From positions 224,001 through 288,000 of the forward strand of contig CAWHFW010000005.1 in assembly GCA_963828735.1 (NCBI GenBank): a DNA stretch of 64,000 bases. The letters run 5' to 3'. A program made the translations under genes and the position numbers. This DNA comes from an uncultured Gemmatimonadales bacterium. GTDB taxonomy: Bacteria; Gemmatimonadota; Gemmatimonadetes; Gemmatimonadales; GWC2-71-9. How positions within the stretch are numbered: the stretch's first letter is position 1; every line of letters begins with the position of its first letter. The notes under the pieces were generated by a model. It saw only the letters and a list, made by a program, of their open reading frames with translations. It was not told the origin of the DNA and did no database searches. Positions 11,518 through 22,152 of this stretch are shown in pieces.

Positions 11518-13023
11518 ATGCCCGAAGTCGCTCCCATCCTGATCGATGGTGCCTGGATTCCCGCGCGCGCTCGAGCGACGCGCGAGGTCCGGAACCCAGC
11601 TACTCTCGACCTCCTCGGTCTCGTCGCCGACTGCGGACCCGACGACGTTGCCGCCGCCGTCGAGGCGGCCGCCCGAGCCCAGCCCTCATGGTGGCGGGTG
11701 CCCGGGGTCGAGAAGGCGAACTATCTGCGGCGTGTCGCGGGCAAGATCCGCGAGAACGAGCGCGCGCTCTCGACGCTCATGGCCCGCGAGACCGGCAAGC
11801 CCTTGATCGAGGCGGTCGACTGCATCGAATGGGTAGCGGCCTGTTTCGACTACTACGCCGAGGTGGGCCGGCGGAGCTACGGCACCTCCATTCCGCCGGT
11901 CGCCGCGCACCAGATCAACTTCACGATCAAGGAGCCCTACGGAGTGGTTGCGGCCATCGTACCGTTCAACTTTCCCCTGCTCCTCATGGCGTGGAAGGTG
12001 GCGCCGGCGCTCGCGGCCGGAAACACGCTGGTCTGCAAGCCCCCGCACCAGAATCCGCTTTCGAACCTGCTGATGGCGCGGTGCTTCGACGATCTTCCCG
12101 CCGGCGTCGTGAACGTCATCACCGGAGGTCCGGACACCGGCGAGGCGCTCGTCCGGCATCCCCGCGTGGACCTCATCGCCTTCACCGGCTCGGTGGCCGC
12201 GGGGCGCCGGATCGCGGCGCAGGCGGGCCAGGACCTCAAGAAGGTCAATCTCGAGCTCGGCAGCGTGGACCCGCTCATCGTCTTCGCGGATGCCGACCTC
12301 GACGTCGCCGTCCCCGGCGCCGCGTGGGCGCGCCTCCTCAACGCCGGGCAGGTGTGTACGTCGGCCAAGCGAGTGTACCTGGTCGAGCCGATCGCGCGCG
12401 AGTTCACCGAGCGGCTCGAGCAGTATGTGAGCACGCTGCGCGTCGGCGACCCGATGGATCCGGCCGTGGACGTCGGTCCGCTCATCTCGAAGGACGCACT
12501 CGACACCGTCGAGCGGCAGATCGCCGAAGCGGTGACTCAAGGCGCGCGGCTGCTCACCGGTGGCTGCCGCGTCCAGCCGGACGGTCTGCGTGGACATTTC
12601 CTCGCCCCGACGATCCTGACCGACGTGCGGCACGGGACGCTGCCGACGACGGAGGAAATCTTCGGTCCGGTGCTGTCCCTCACGGTCGCGCGTGACGCGG
12701 ACGAGGCCATCCGCCTGGCCAACGACAGCCGGTACGGCCTCGGCGCGACGGTCTATACCAAGAGCCTCGAGACGGCGATGCGGGCGATGCAGGAGATCAA
12801 GGCGGGCACGTTCTGGATCAACGATCCGCTCACCGACAACGACGCCGGGCCATTCGGCGGGATGCGCTGGAGCGGTATCGGACGCGAGCTCGGCGAGGAG
12901 GGACTGGATGCCTTCCGCGAGCCCAAGCACGTGCATCTCGACTATGTGATGGAGCGGAAGGACTACTGGTACCCCTACAGCGAGCGCCCGATCCCGACGC
13001 ACGGTCCCGCCCACGGGGCGTGA
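11518..13023 (+). CDS. NAD-dependent aldehyde dehydrogenase (possibly aminoaldehyde type)
   Basis: PFNFP, FTGS, LELG, catalytic AGQVCT, EEIFGP; ATG 11518 with RBS GAGGA. Confidence 0.9.
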   Translation: MPEVAPILIDGAWIPARARATREVRNPATLDLLGLVADCGPDDVAAAVEAAARAQPSWWRVPGVEKANYLRRVAGKIRENERALSTLMARETGKPLIEAVDCIEWVAACFDYYAEVGRRSYGTSIPPVAAHQINFTIKEPYGVVAAIVPFNFPLLLMAWKVAPALAAGNTLVCKPPHQNPLSNLLMARCFDDLPAGVVNVITGGPDTGEALVRHPRVDLIAFTGSVAAGRRIAAQAGQDLKKVNLELGSVDPLIVFADADLDVAVPGAAWARLLNAGQVCTSAKRVYLVEPIAREFTERLEQYVSTLRVGDPMDPAVDVGPLISKDALDTVERQIAEAVTQGARLLTGGCRVQPDGLRGHFLAPTILTDVRHGTLPTTEEIFGPVLSLTVARDADEAIRLANDSRYGLGATVYTKSLETAMRAMQEIKAGTFWINDPLTDNDAGPFGGMRWSGIGRELGEEGLDAFREPKHVHLDYVMERKDYWYPYSERPIPTHGPAHGA

Positions 13024-13046
13024 CGGGGAGCGCTCGCGGCCTCCTC

Positions 13047-13991
13047 CTACCCTTCTGCCGCCCAGTTTCTCGGTTCGAGCATCGCCAGCAGCTCCGCCTC
13101 GAAGCTCCCCGGCTCGTACTCCGGGGCGTATTCCCATGCAGCCAGCGGCGGAAGGCTCATGAGCACGCTCTCGATCCGGGCGTTGGTCTGGAGCCCGAAG
13201 ATCGTGCCGCGGTCGTGGACCAGGTTGAACTCGACGTACCTGCCGCGCCGCGCAAGCTGGAACCGCCGTTCCCGCTCGCCATACGGAAGCGCCCGCCGGC
13301 GTTCGACGATCGGCTCGTACGCCATTGGCAGCGAGCCCCCGACGTCGAGCACGAATGCGACGAGCTGGTCGAGCGACAAGCCGCCGTCCCCATCCCTCAG
13401 GTTGTCGAAGAAGATGCCCCCGATGCCGCGCCGCTCGTCGCCCCGGTGCGTGTTGACGAAGTAGTGATCACACCAGCTCTTGAACCTGGAATAGAGCCCG
13501 GCATGGTGCCGATCGCACACGACCTTGAGCGCACGATGGAAGTGCGTCGCGTCCTCCGGAAACGGGTACGTGGGTGTGAGATCGGTTCCGCCGCCGAGCC
13601 AGACGTCCAGCGTGCGCCCCTCCGCGTCGCAGAGGTCGAAATAGCGCACGTTGAGGTGCACGGTCGGCACCATCGGGCTGCGCGGGTGCACCACGAGGCT
13701 CATGCCGGTTGCGTAGAACAGAGCCTCCTCGCCGGTCGGCGTCCGCGCGCCCAGCCGCTGCGCCGCGCCTCCGGTGAGAACCCCGCTCACGGCCGAGCGG
13801 TTGATCCCCGCCTTCTCGAACGTCGCGCCGTCCGTCAGCACGCGGGCGATGCCCCCGCCGCCACCCGGGCGGTCCCAGCGATCCTCCCGAAAGGTGCCGC
13901 CACCGTCGAGCCGGCCGAAGAAGGCCGTCGTTTCGTCGTGGAGACGCTCGATCATCGCGGACACGCGCTCGCGGAGCGGTCCCGCGGTCAC
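13047..13991 (-). CDS. hemF: Oxygen-dependent coproporphyrinogen III oxidase
   Basis: GGGTDLTP, RGIGGIFFD, RRGRYVEFNLVHDRGT; GTG overlaps the hemE stop. Confidence 0.95.
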   Translation of the reverse strand: MTAGPLRERVSAMIERLHDETTAFFGRLDGGGTFREDRWDRPGGGGGIARVLTDGATFEKAGINRSAVSGVLTGGAAQRLGARTPTGEEALFYATGMSLVVHPRSPMVPTVHLNVRYFDLCDAEGRTLDVWLGGGTDLTPTYPFPEDATHFHRALKVVCDRHHAGLYSRFKSWCDHYFVNTHRGDERRGIGGIFFDNLRDGDGGLSLDQLVAFVLDVGGSLPMAYEPIVERRRALPYGERERRFQLARRGRYVEFNLVHDRGTIFGLQTNARIESVLMSLPPLAAWEYAPEYEPGSFEAELLAMLEPRNWAAEG

Positions 13992-15019
13992 GGCGCCCGC
14001 CAGGCCTTCACCGCGTCGACGAACGCGCGAGCGTGGCCCACCGGCACGTCCGGGTTGATGCCGTGCCCGAGATTGGCGATGTGGTTCCGGCCGCCGAACG
14101 CGTCCAGCATCTCGTGCGTCCGTCTCGCGATCTCCGCCGGCGACGCGTACAGCCAGCACGGATCGAGGTTGCCCTGGAGCGCGACGGGCCGGGCACCGAG
14201 CCGCCGGCGCGCGTCCGACGCGTCGGTTTGCCAGTCGACGCCGATCACATCGGCTCCCGTCGCGTCAGCGATCTCCTCGAGCGCCCAGCCCGCGCCCGGT
14301 GCGAACGCGATGACGGGTGCGCCCGCCAGCCTCGCGAGGCGCGCCGCCTCGGCTAGGTAGGGCAGCGCGAACTCGCGGAAGTCCCGGGGGCCGAGGGCGC
14401 TCGCCCACGAGTCGAAGAGCTGGACGGCCTGGGCCCCGGCGGCGACCTGCGCCGCCAGGAACGCCCCGACCGCTCTCGCCAGCCTGGCGAGCAGGGCATG
14501 GGCCCGTGCCGGGTCCTGCACGAGCAGCCGCTTGGCGTGCGTGAACGACTTCGACCCCTGGCCCTCTACCATGTAGCTCATCAGCGTCCATGGTGCGCCG
14601 GCAAATCCGATCAGCGGCACCCGGCCGTCGAGCTCGCGCCGCGCCAGCCGCAGCGCGTCGAGCACGTAGCCCAGATGTTCCTCGGGGTGGATGTCGTGAA
14701 TACACTCGAAATCGGCCGCCGAGCGGAGCGGCTGATGGAACCGCGGTCCAATGCCTTCATCCACGGAGAGGGCCATTCCCATGGCCTGCGGAACGACGAG
14801 GATGTCGCTGAATATGATCGCGGCGTCCACGCCGAGCAGGTCCACGGGCTGCAGCGTCACTTCGACGGCGAGCTCCGGTGTGCCGACCATGGTGAGGAAG
14901 TCCGCGCGCTCCCGGACGGCGCGGTACTCCGGCAGATACCGGCCCGCCTGACGCATCATCCACACGGGAGGTCGTTCGACCACCTCGCGGCGGCAGGCTC
15001 GGAGGAAGAGATCGTTCAT
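13988..15019 (-). CDS. hemE: Uroporphyrinogen decarboxylase
   Basis: PVWMMRQAGRYLPEY, FSDIL, NLGHGI. Confidence 0.97.
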   Translation of the reverse strand: MNDLFLRACRREVVERPPVWMMRQAGRYLPEYRAVRERADFLTMVGTPELAVEVTLQPVDLLGVDAAIIFSDILVVPQAMGMALSVDEGIGPRFHQPLRSAADFECIHDIHPEEHLGYVLDALRLARRELDGRVPLIGFAGAPWTLMSYMVEGQGSKSFTHAKRLLVQDPARAHALLARLARAVGAFLAAQVAAGAQAVQLFDSWASALGPRDFREFALPYLAEAARLARLAGAPVIAFAPGAGWALEEIADATGADVIGVDWQTDASDARRRLGARPVALQGNLDPCWLYASPAEIARRTHEMLDAFGGRNHIANLGHGINPDVPVGHARAFVDAVKAWRAP

Positions 15020-15035
15020 GTGCCTCCGAGGCTGT

Positions 15036-15779
15036 TCACTGAGAGGAGACCAGCGACCGGACGGCCACGGCCAGGGCCTCCGCGGTCGGCCGGGACGCCA
15101 CCTTGGCGGGCGGCCAGCCTGACGCGCGTGCCGCCGCCGCCGTGGTAGGTCCCACCGCCAGCAGGGCCGGCCGCACGCCCGAGGGGCACGCGCGCGCGAG
15201 GAGATCCGCGACGCTGGGACTGGTCACCACGAGCACCTGCGCGCGCTCCGCCACGCGGCGCGCCTCCACCTCGCCGGCGAGCACGGACCGGTAACACACC
15301 ACCTCGTGGATCTCCACGCCTTGGTCCCGCAGGCGGGCGGGCAGCTCGTCGCGCCGGATGTCGCCGCAGGGAAACAGCACCGGCCCCTGGACGCCCGAGG
15401 CCAGCAGTGCATCGCTCAGCGCCACCGCCGCCCCGAGCTCGCCCACCGCGCGCTCGTCGGGGCGTCGGATCTCGCCGAGCGACTCTCCCAGCGCCCGGAC
15501 GGTACCCTCGCCGGCAGCCCACACCGCCGGCCCGCGCGCCGGCGTGGCGTCCAGCACTCGGAGCCGCTCCGTAAACGCCGTCGCCGATCGTGGCGACGTG
15601 AACGCCACGGCGTGGTATCGGCCGAGGTGTCGTACGGCCGCATCCACCGGCTCCCAATCGAGCGGTGGGGCGAACGTCATGAGCGGTGCCTCTTCCACCG
15701 CGACGGGAATCGCGCGCAGGGCCTCGTGCAACCCTGGAAACGTCCCGGCTGACGCCGTCACCACGACGGTCGCCGGCAT
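15036..15779 (-). CDS. hemD: Uroporphyrinogen-III synthase
   Basis: AFTSPRS, AAGEGT, VTSPS, AVGPTT; coupled to hemC. Confidence 0.85.
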   Translation of the reverse strand: MPATVVVTASAGTFPGLHEALRAIPVAVEEAPLMTFAPPLDWEPVDAAVRHLGRYHAVAFTSPRSATAFTERLRVLDATPARGPAVWAAGEGTVRALGESLGEIRRPDERAVGELGAAVALSDALLASGVQGPVLFPCGDIRRDELPARLRDQGVEIHEVVCYRSVLAGEVEARRVAERAQVLVVTSPSVADLLARACPSGVRPALLAVGPTTAAAARASGWPPAKVASRPTAEALAVAVRSLVSSQ

Positions 15780-16738
15780 CACGGCTCCGGGACGGCGGGC
15801 GCCTGGGCGGCACGCACCTCCGACAGGATCGAGGCCGCCCCATCCTCGAGCACACGCTCCGCAAGGCGGACTCCCAGGTCTTCGGCCTCGCGCTCGTCCC
15901 GCACGGGGCCGATCTCCTCTCCGTCGACCCCGCGCTCGCCACGAAGCGAGACGACCCTCCCGCGGAGTCGCAGGGTGCCGTCGGCGAGCACCGCGAGCGC
16001 CGCGACCGGCACCTGACAGCCGCCTTCGAGCGTGCGGAGAAACGAGCGCTCCGCGGCGACAGAGAGCGAGGTCGGCCCGTGGTGAATCGACCGCGCCGCG
16101 GCGGCCACGGCGGGGAGATCGCCGGTACGCGCGGTCAGCGCCAGCGCCCCCTGGCCGGGGGCGGGCAGCATGATCTCCGGAGGAAGCCGCTGCCCGATCC
16201 TGTCGGCCAGGCCAAGACGCACGAGGCCCGCCGCCGCGAGCAGGATGCCCGACCACTCCGGGTTCGCGGCCAGTTTGGCGAGTCGGGTGTCTACGTTGCC
16301 GCGGATATCGCGGACCTCGAGGTCGGAGCGAACATGAAGCAATTGGGCCCGCCGGCGGAGGCTGCTCGTGGCGAGCACGGCGCCCCGACCAAGATCATCC
16401 CATGAGATCGGCCCGCGGCCCACCAGCGCGTCGCTCGGGTCTTCCCGTTCGTCCACCGCCACGATCGCGATTCCGTCCGGTAGCGTCGTCGGCAGATCCT
16501 TGAGCGAATGCACGGCGAGATCGATCCGGCCGTCAAGCATGGCGTCGTCGATCTGTCGGGTGAACAGCGCGCGGGCGCCGATCTGCGCGAGGGGAATGTG
16601 TTGCACCATGTCGCCCGTGGTCCGGATCTCGACCCGCTCCGTGGAAAAGCCCGAGGCGCGGAGTCGGGCCCGGACGTGCTCGGTCTGCCAGAGCGCGAGG
16701 GCACTGGCGCGGGTCCCGATGCGGAGCGGCGAGCTCAC
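15779..16738 (-). CDS. hemC: Hydroxymethylbilane synthase
   Basis: LRIGTRASALALWQ, AVHSLKD, TSSLRR, LEGGCQVP. Confidence 0.96.
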   Translation of the reverse strand: MSSPLRIGTRASALALWQTEHVRARLRASGFSTERVEIRTTGDMVQHIPLAQIGARALFTRQIDDAMLDGRIDLAVHSLKDLPTTLPDGIAIVAVDEREDPSDALVGRGPISWDDLGRGAVLATSSLRRRAQLLHVRSDLEVRDIRGNVDTRLAKLAANPEWSGILLAAAGLVRLGLADRIGQRLPPEIMLPAPGQGALALTARTGDLPAVAAAARSIHHGPTSLSVAAERSFLRTLEGGCQVPVAALAVLADGTLRLRGRVVSLRGERGVDGEEIGPVRDEREAEDLGVRLAERVLEDGAASILSEVRAAQAPAVPEP

Positions 16739-18123
16739 GCGTTGCCCGCGCCTGCCGGTACCGCGCCGGCGACGCGTTCGGCCGCTGCTTCGCCGGACGC
16801 GACCGCCTCGCTGACGGCGACTCCCTCGCGATACGATCCGGCCAGCGCGAATCCAGGGTTGCGCCGCTCCACTTCGTCCATGATGTCCTTGAAGCGGCCG
16901 TAGGTGAGATCGTACTGGGGGATGGCCTTCGGCCACAGCTGAAACGTCCGGAACGTCGGCTCCCCCACGGCGCCGACCAGCAACCGCAGGTCGTCGTGGA
17001 CCCGCGCGGTGATGGTCGGCAGATCCGCGTTGGCGAGGTCGGGGTGGCGCACGCCGCCGATGAAGGCGGTGAGCAGCACGTGGCCATCGGGCGCGCGTCC
17101 CGCGAAGATGGTCGACGAGAAGATGACGCCGAGCACGCTCCGGCGCTCGACCTCGGGCACCAGGAAGCCGAAGCCGTCGAGCGGGTGACTCACCTCCGAT
17201 CGGCGGAACCCCAGCCCCAGCACCGCGACCGGCGGGTGCGTGATGCTCGCGAGGGTCTTGAGGCGGTCGCCGGCAGGGAACGCCAGGTCCACCTCGTCCA
17301 CGCAGTGAGCCGGCGCCGCGTAGATGACGGCGTCGTAGAGCTCGGTCGCCTGAAACGCGGCGCCCACGGCCCACCCCTTGGGCCCCGCGCGCAGCTGCGT
17401 GACCGCGGCCCGCGGCCGGATCTCCGCGTGCAGCTCGCGCGCGAGCGCGTCCGGCAGCTCCTGCAGTCCGGTCCGGAAGGAGAACATTCCGCCGGTGACG
17501 TCCTCCCCGGCCGCGTCCTCGTCGCGCCGCCGCGCCCGCATCATGCCCGCGAAGGCCTTCATCACGGAGCCGTGCGTGCGCTCGAGGCCGTGGAGCCGCG
17601 GCAGCGCGTGGCGCACGGAGAGCTGCTCGGGATCACCCGCGAAGATCCCCGCGACGAACGGGTTAGCGATGTAGTCGAGGATTTCCTGGTTGAATCGCCG
17701 GCGGATGAAGGTGGCGACGCTCTCGTCGACCGATCCGTCGGCGGCATCCACCAGCGGCTCGCCGAAGACGGCGAGCTTGGCACCGTTCGAGAGCAAGCGC
17801 GTGGTGAGGAAGTCCTGCGGTGAAGTGGGAAGCGGGCGGAGCTTCTTCTTCTTCACGATGTAGCGGTTCCGCGCAGCCGGCGAGGCCGGAACGACGCTCG
17901 ATTGGAGACCGAGCTCGCCGATCAGCCCCCGCAGCCCGGCGGCCGGCGTTGCGATCGAGGTGGGCCCGAGCTCCGCGACGTACCCTTCCCGCCGGTCGGT
18001 GCGAACCATCCCCCCGACGCGGTCCGCCGCCTCGTACACCACCACTCGAATCCCGCGCTGCTTGAGGCGATAGGCGGCGGTGAGACCCGCGACGCCACCC
18101 CCGACGATCGCTACCGCGCCCAT
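16735..18123 (-). CDS. hemY: FAD-dependent protoporphyrinogen oxidase (HemY-type)
   Basis: GGGVAGLTAA FAD motif, PFVAGIFAGD, GFGFLVP, WPKAIPQY. Confidence 0.92.
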   Translation of the reverse strand: MGAVAIVGGGVAGLTAAYRLKQRGIRVVVYEAADRVGGMVRTDRREGYVAELGPTSIATPAAGLRGLIGELGLQSSVVPASPAARNRYIVKKKKLRPLPTSPQDFLTTRLLSNGAKLAVFGEPLVDAADGSVDESVATFIRRRFNQEILDYIANPFVAGIFAGDPEQLSVRHALPRLHGLERTHGSVMKAFAGMMRARRRDEDAAGEDVTGGMFSFRTGLQELPDALARELHAEIRPRAAVTQLRAGPKGWAVGAAFQATELYDAVIYAAPAHCVDEVDLAFPAGDRLKTLASITHPPVAVLGLGFRRSEVSHPLDGFGFLVPEVERRSVLGVIFSSTIFAGRAPDGHVLLTAFIGGVRHPDLANADLPTITARVHDDLRLLVGAVGEPTFRTFQLWPKAIPQYDLTYGRFKDIMDEVERRNPGFALAGSYREGVAVSEAVASGEAAAERVAGAVPAGAGNA

Positions 18124-19412
18124 GCCGAGGCCAGGGCGGCCTCGAGGGCCGCCAGCTCCGGGTCGCCGTGCACGGCGGACGTGAAGGCGGCCTCGAAGGC
18201 CGAAGGCGCCAGGTAAATGCCGCCCTCGAGCATGGCATGGAAGAAGGCATTGTACGCGGCGCGGTCGCATCGCTTCGCGTCGGCGTAGTCGCGCACCGGG
18301 ACGTCCGTGAAAAACGGAGTCAGCATCGTCCCGACCCGCTGCACGGTCACCGGGACGCCGGTCTCGCCCGCCCGGCGCGTGATCGCCTCGGCGGCGCGGG
18401 CCGCCCACCGCTCCGCGCGCTCCCAGGTGCCGGGTCGCGCGAGGACCTCGAGCGTCGCCAGTCCGGCCGCCATGGCGACCGGGTTGCCGGACAACGTGCC
18501 CGCCTGATAGACCGGCCCGGCCGGCGCGATGAGCTCCATCAGCGCGCGAGGCCCGCCGTACGCGGCGGCCGGCATCCCCCCGCCGACCACCTTGCCCAGG
18601 ATCGTGAGGTCCGGCCTGACCCCGTAGAGCACCTGCGCGCCGACCGGGTGCACGCGCCAGCCGGTCATGACCTCGTCGAACACCAGAAGCGCGCCGGCGC
18701 GCCGGGTGAGCTCGCGAAGCCCCTCGAGAAACCCTTTGGCCGGAGGCACGACACCCATGTTGCCGGCCACCGGCTCCACCAGCACCGCCGCGATGTCCGG
18801 TCCGCGTGAGGCGAAGACGGCCTCGACCGCGGCCAAATCGTTGAACGGCGCGACGAGGGTGTCCGCGACCGTCGCCTGGGTGACCCCCGGAGAATCGGGC
18901 AGCCCCAGGGTCGCCACGCCCGAGCCGGCGGAGGCGAGCAGCGAATCGGCATGGCCGTGGTAGCATCCGTCGAACTTGACGATCGCCTTGCGTCCCGTGG
19001 CCGCTCGCGCCAGGCGCACCGCGCTCATGGCCGCTTCCGTGCCGCTGCTCACGAAGCGCACCATCTCGATGGAGGGGAAGGTCGTCGTGACACGCTCGGC
19101 GAGTCGCACCTCGAGCTCGGTCGGCGCGCCGTAGGTCGTCCCGCGCGCGGCCGTTTCCACGACGGCTTCCAGCACCTCCGGGTGGGCGTGGCCGAGGATC
19201 AACGGGCCCCACGACAGCACGAGGTCCACGTATCGGTTGCCGTCCACGTCCTCGATCCACGGGCCCTGACCCCGCGCGATGAACCTCGGCGTGCCGCCGA
19301 CGCTTCGGAACGCCCGCACCGGACTGTTGACGCCGCCGGGCAGCACCTGCTGGGCAGCGGCGAACAGCCGCTCGGATGCGCTCGTCGTTCGGGCCGCGCG
19401 CACCTCCGTCAT
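18111..19412 (-). CDS. hemL: Glutamate-1-semialdehyde 2,1-aminomutase
   Basis: [35 protein letters not shown]. Confidence 0.97.
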   Translation of the reverse strand: MTEVRAARTTSASERLFAAAQQVLPGGVNSPVRAFRSVGGTPRFIARGQGPWIEDVDGNRYVDLVLSWGPLILGHAHPEVLEAVVETAARGTTYGAPTELEVRLAERVTTTFPSIEMVRFVSSGTEAAMSAVRLARAATGRKAIVKFDGCYHGHADSLLASAGSGVATLGLPDSPGVTQATVADTLVAPFNDLAAVEAVFASRGPDIAAVLVEPVAGNMGVVPPAKGFLEGLRELTRRAGALLVFDEVMTGWRVHPVGAQVLYGVRPDLTILGKVVGGGMPAAAYGGPRALMELIAPAGPVYQAGTLSGNPVAMAAGLATLEVLARPGTWERAERWAARAAEAITRRAGETGVPVTVQRVGTMLTPFFTDVPVRDYADAKRCDRAAYNAFFHAMLEGGIYLAPSAFEAAFTSAVHGDPELAALEAALASAWAR

Positions 19413-20401
19413 CGTCCCTGCTCCTCCGCCAGCCAGGCCGCGACGTCCTTGGCGTGGTAGGAGATGATCGCGTCCGCGCCCGCCCGGCGCATGCCCGTCA
19501 TCGTCTCCAGCACCACGCGACGCTCCTCGATCCATCCCAGGCGTGCGGCCGCCTTTACCATCGAGTACTCGCCGCTCACGTTGTACGCTACGAGCGGGAG
19601 CGAGGTCCGCTCGCGCACGGCCCGCACCACGTCGAGGTAGGCGAGCGCGGGTTTCACCATCAGCAGGTCGGCGCCTTCCGCCTCGTCGAGCGCCGCCTCG
19701 ATCAGCGCCTCCCGGACGTTCGCGGGATCCATCTGATACTGACGCCGGTCGCCGAAGGCGGGCGCGCTGTCGGCGGCTTCGCGAAACGGGCCGTAGTAGG
19801 CGCTGGCATACTTCACGGCGTAGCTCAGGATGCCTCGCTCCGCGTAGCCGGCGCCGTCGAGCGCCGCTCGGATCGCCCGCACCATGCCATCCATCATGCC
19901 GCTGGGCGCCACGATGTCGGCTCCGGCCCGCGCGTGCGTCACGGCCACCCGGCCAAGGATCTCGAGCGTGGCGTCGTTGTCGACCACACCCTCCCGAAGG
20001 ACCCCGCAGTGTCCGTGGCTGGTGTACTCGCAGCAGCAGACGTCAGTGAGGAGCAGCAGATCCTCGTGGCGCGCCCTGATCCGGCGGAGCGCCCGCTGGA
20101 CCACGCCGTCCTCCGCGAAGTTTTCGGTGCCCAGCTCGTCCTTCGCCGCTGGCAGCCCGAAGAGGAGCACCGCCCCGATCCCGAGCGACCGGACGCGGTC
20201 CACTTCCCGGTCGAGCGACTCGTCCACGGACAGGTGGAAGACGCCGGGCATGGAGCCGATCTCGCGCTCCACGCCGGCGCCATGCACCACGAAAATCGGT
20301 TGGATGAAGTCGGCGGCGGCCAGCTCATGCTCGCGCACGAGCCGCCGCAGGGCGTCGGTGCGCCGCCGGCGTCGTGGGCGATGGATCTGGGAGGTGGTCA
20401 C
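19409..20401 (-). CDS. hemB: Porphobilinogen synthase (Zn-type)
   Basis: [36 protein letters not shown]. Confidence 0.97.
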   Translation of the reverse strand: MTTSQIHRPRRRRRTDALRRLVREHELAAADFIQPIFVVHGAGVEREIGSMPGVFHLSVDESLDREVDRVRSLGIGAVLLFGLPAAKDELGTENFAEDGVVQRALRRIRARHEDLLLLTDVCCCEYTSHGHCGVLREGVVDNDATLEILGRVAVTHARAGADIVAPSGMMDGMVRAIRAALDGAGYAERGILSYAVKYASAYYGPFREAADSAPAFGDRRQYQMDPANVREALIEAALDEAEGADLLMVKPALAYLDVVRAVRERTSLPLVAYNVSGEYSMVKAAARLGWIEERRVVLETMTGMRRAGADAIISYHAKDVAAWLAEEQGR

Positions 20402-20630
20402 GCCGGTAACACTATGGAGCCAGAGAGGCTGCCGCAACCGGACGACTACGCACGCGAAGCACCGGGCATGGCCTTTGCCCGTCGTCACTGGTGGCCGGGG
20501 TCACGGCGTGCTACTGCTTCTGTATCACCGCTTGATCGTTCCGTCCGTTCGCATCTTGTAGCAGGAATCGGGCAGTTTGCGGTGCCGTAGTTCGGTGCCA
20601 GTGCTCGAGGCAAGATGGAGCAGGCTGCCC

Positions 20631-22064
20631 ATGAGGATCGTCGCGTTATCCGCCTTCGCCGGACTGGCCGGCCTTGTGGCCGCCGCCTGTGGCGCGCCCC
20701 CAGCCAGGCTCGTTCCTCCTCCACCCGTCAATCCCGCGACCGCCATCGTCGGCGCCACCCTCTGGGACGGCACCGGACGCGCCCCCGTCACCAATGCGGT
20801 CACGGTCGTGCGCGGCGACCGCATCCTGTGCGCCGGTGTCGCCGGGGAGTGCCCCGTGCCACAAGGCGCCAAGGTCATCGACGCGAAGGGGATGTATCTC
20901 ATCCCCGGCCTCATCGACAGCCATGTGCACCTGCTCTTCCTGCAGAACGGGAGCGCCGTGGAGGATCTCGGTCTCGACCTCCGTGACCTGCTCGCCCAAG
21001 GGATCACGACGGTTCGCGACATGGGCACCAGCCCGGCGGCGTTGCTCTCCCGCGTGTCGGGTTTCGATGCCGCCCCGCGCGTCTACGCCATGCAGCTCGT
21101 GGCCGGCCGGCGCTTCTTCTACCCCGCCATGCGCCTGATGCAGACGGAGCGCGGCGTTCAGTACCGGCAGGCGCCCGCCCTCACCATGCAGTGGCTGGGC
21201 TGGAATCCCATCCTGTTCGATCGGAACGACGATCCCGACTCGGTCGTCGCGCAGGCTCGCCGAGCCGGGGCGATGGGGCTCAAGCTCTACGCGCAGCTCG
21301 ACAGCGTCAGCATCCGCCGGCTCACCTCGGCCGCGCACCGGATGGGCATGCCGGTCTGGGGACATGCCTGGCCCCAGCCGGCGAGCGTCGGCGAGCAGAC
21401 CAGGGCGGGCATGGACGGCGTGGTCCACGCTGCCGGCATGGCGGGCGAGCTGTTCTCGCCCGAGGATCGGGATACGCTCGTGAACGACGGAGCGCTGCAG
21501 TCGGCCACCGCGCGCGTGGCCACGGCCGAATCCGCGGACGACCCGCGCATCCTCGCGACCCTCGATTCGATGGCCGTGCACGGGGTCATGTTCGAACCCA
21601 CCCTCGACGCCACGCGGCACAGCGTGGCCACCTACGACTCGCGGGTGCGCCACGTGCCCTCGCTGCAGGAGGACTACGTTCGGGCCGCCGCCGCCTTCGG
21701 CATGGAGGTCACCCGCGAGGCCGTGAAGCACGGGGTCGGCATCAGCGCCGGTACGGACCACGTCGCGTACGGGCCGGTGGGAGATCGCGCGTCCCTCCTC
21801 GACGAGCTGCGCCTCTACGTGGACTCGATCGGCCTGTCCCCTACTGCCGCGCTGTTGGCAGCGACGCGCGACGCGGCCCGCGCCATCGGCGGGGATCCCG
21901 GGCGTCAGCTCGGAACGATCGTGGCGGGGCATTACGCCGATCTCGTGCTGGTCGGCAAGAATCCGCTGGAAAACATCGACAACCTCGAGGCGGTCGAACT
22001 GGTGATGCGGGGCGGCCGGGTCTGGCGGCCGGGCCAGCTGCGAAGTGGCATCGCGATGCGATAG
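20631..22064 (+). CDS. Amidohydrolase-family lipoprotein
   Basis: Lipobox AAAC, PGLIDSHVH, GITTVRDMG, AGTD, ADLVLV. Confidence 0.85.
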   Translation: MRIVALSAFAGLAGLVAAACGAPPARLVPPPPVNPATAIVGATLWDGTGRAPVTNAVTVVRGDRILCAGVAGECPVPQGAKVIDAKGMYLIPGLIDSHVHLLFLQNGSAVEDLGLDLRDLLAQGITTVRDMGTSPAALLSRVSGFDAAPRVYAMQLVAGRRFFYPAMRLMQTERGVQYRQAPALTMQWLGWNPILFDRNDDPDSVVAQARRAGAMGLKLYAQLDSVSIRRLTSAAHRMGMPVWGHAWPQPASVGEQTRAGMDGVVHAAGMAGELFSPEDRDTLVNDGALQSATARVATAESADDPRILATLDSMAVHGVMFEPTLDATRHSVATYDSRVRHVPSLQEDYVRAAAAFGMEVTREAVKHGVGISAGTDHVAYGPVGDRASLLDELRLYVDSIGLSPTAALLAATRDAARAIGGDPGRQLGTIVAGHYADLVLVGKNPLENIDNLEAVELVMRGGRVWRPGQLRSGIAMR

Positions 22065-22092
22065 GGCATCCTGCATCCACATCCACGGCAAT

Positions 22093-22126
22093 ACGAAGGG
22101 GGCATGCTCGAGCATGCCCCCTTCGT
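22093..22126. repeat. Perfect 34-bp palindrome, REP-like or bidirectional terminator
   Basis: ACGAAGGGGGCATGC-TCGA-GCATGCCCCCTTCGT between convergent genes; the same arms recur at 32497-32529. Confidence 0.8.
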
Positions 22127-22152
22127 GCTTGGCTGCATGCGCGCTGACGCAG

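Noticed and set aside
16735..19260. Long N-terminal extensions in the ORF track (hemY 841 aa, also hemC, leuC, ilvB, ALDH) suggesting fusions
   Set aside because: The extensions overlap upstream genes in another frame; the true starts are at stop/start overlaps or have an RBS.
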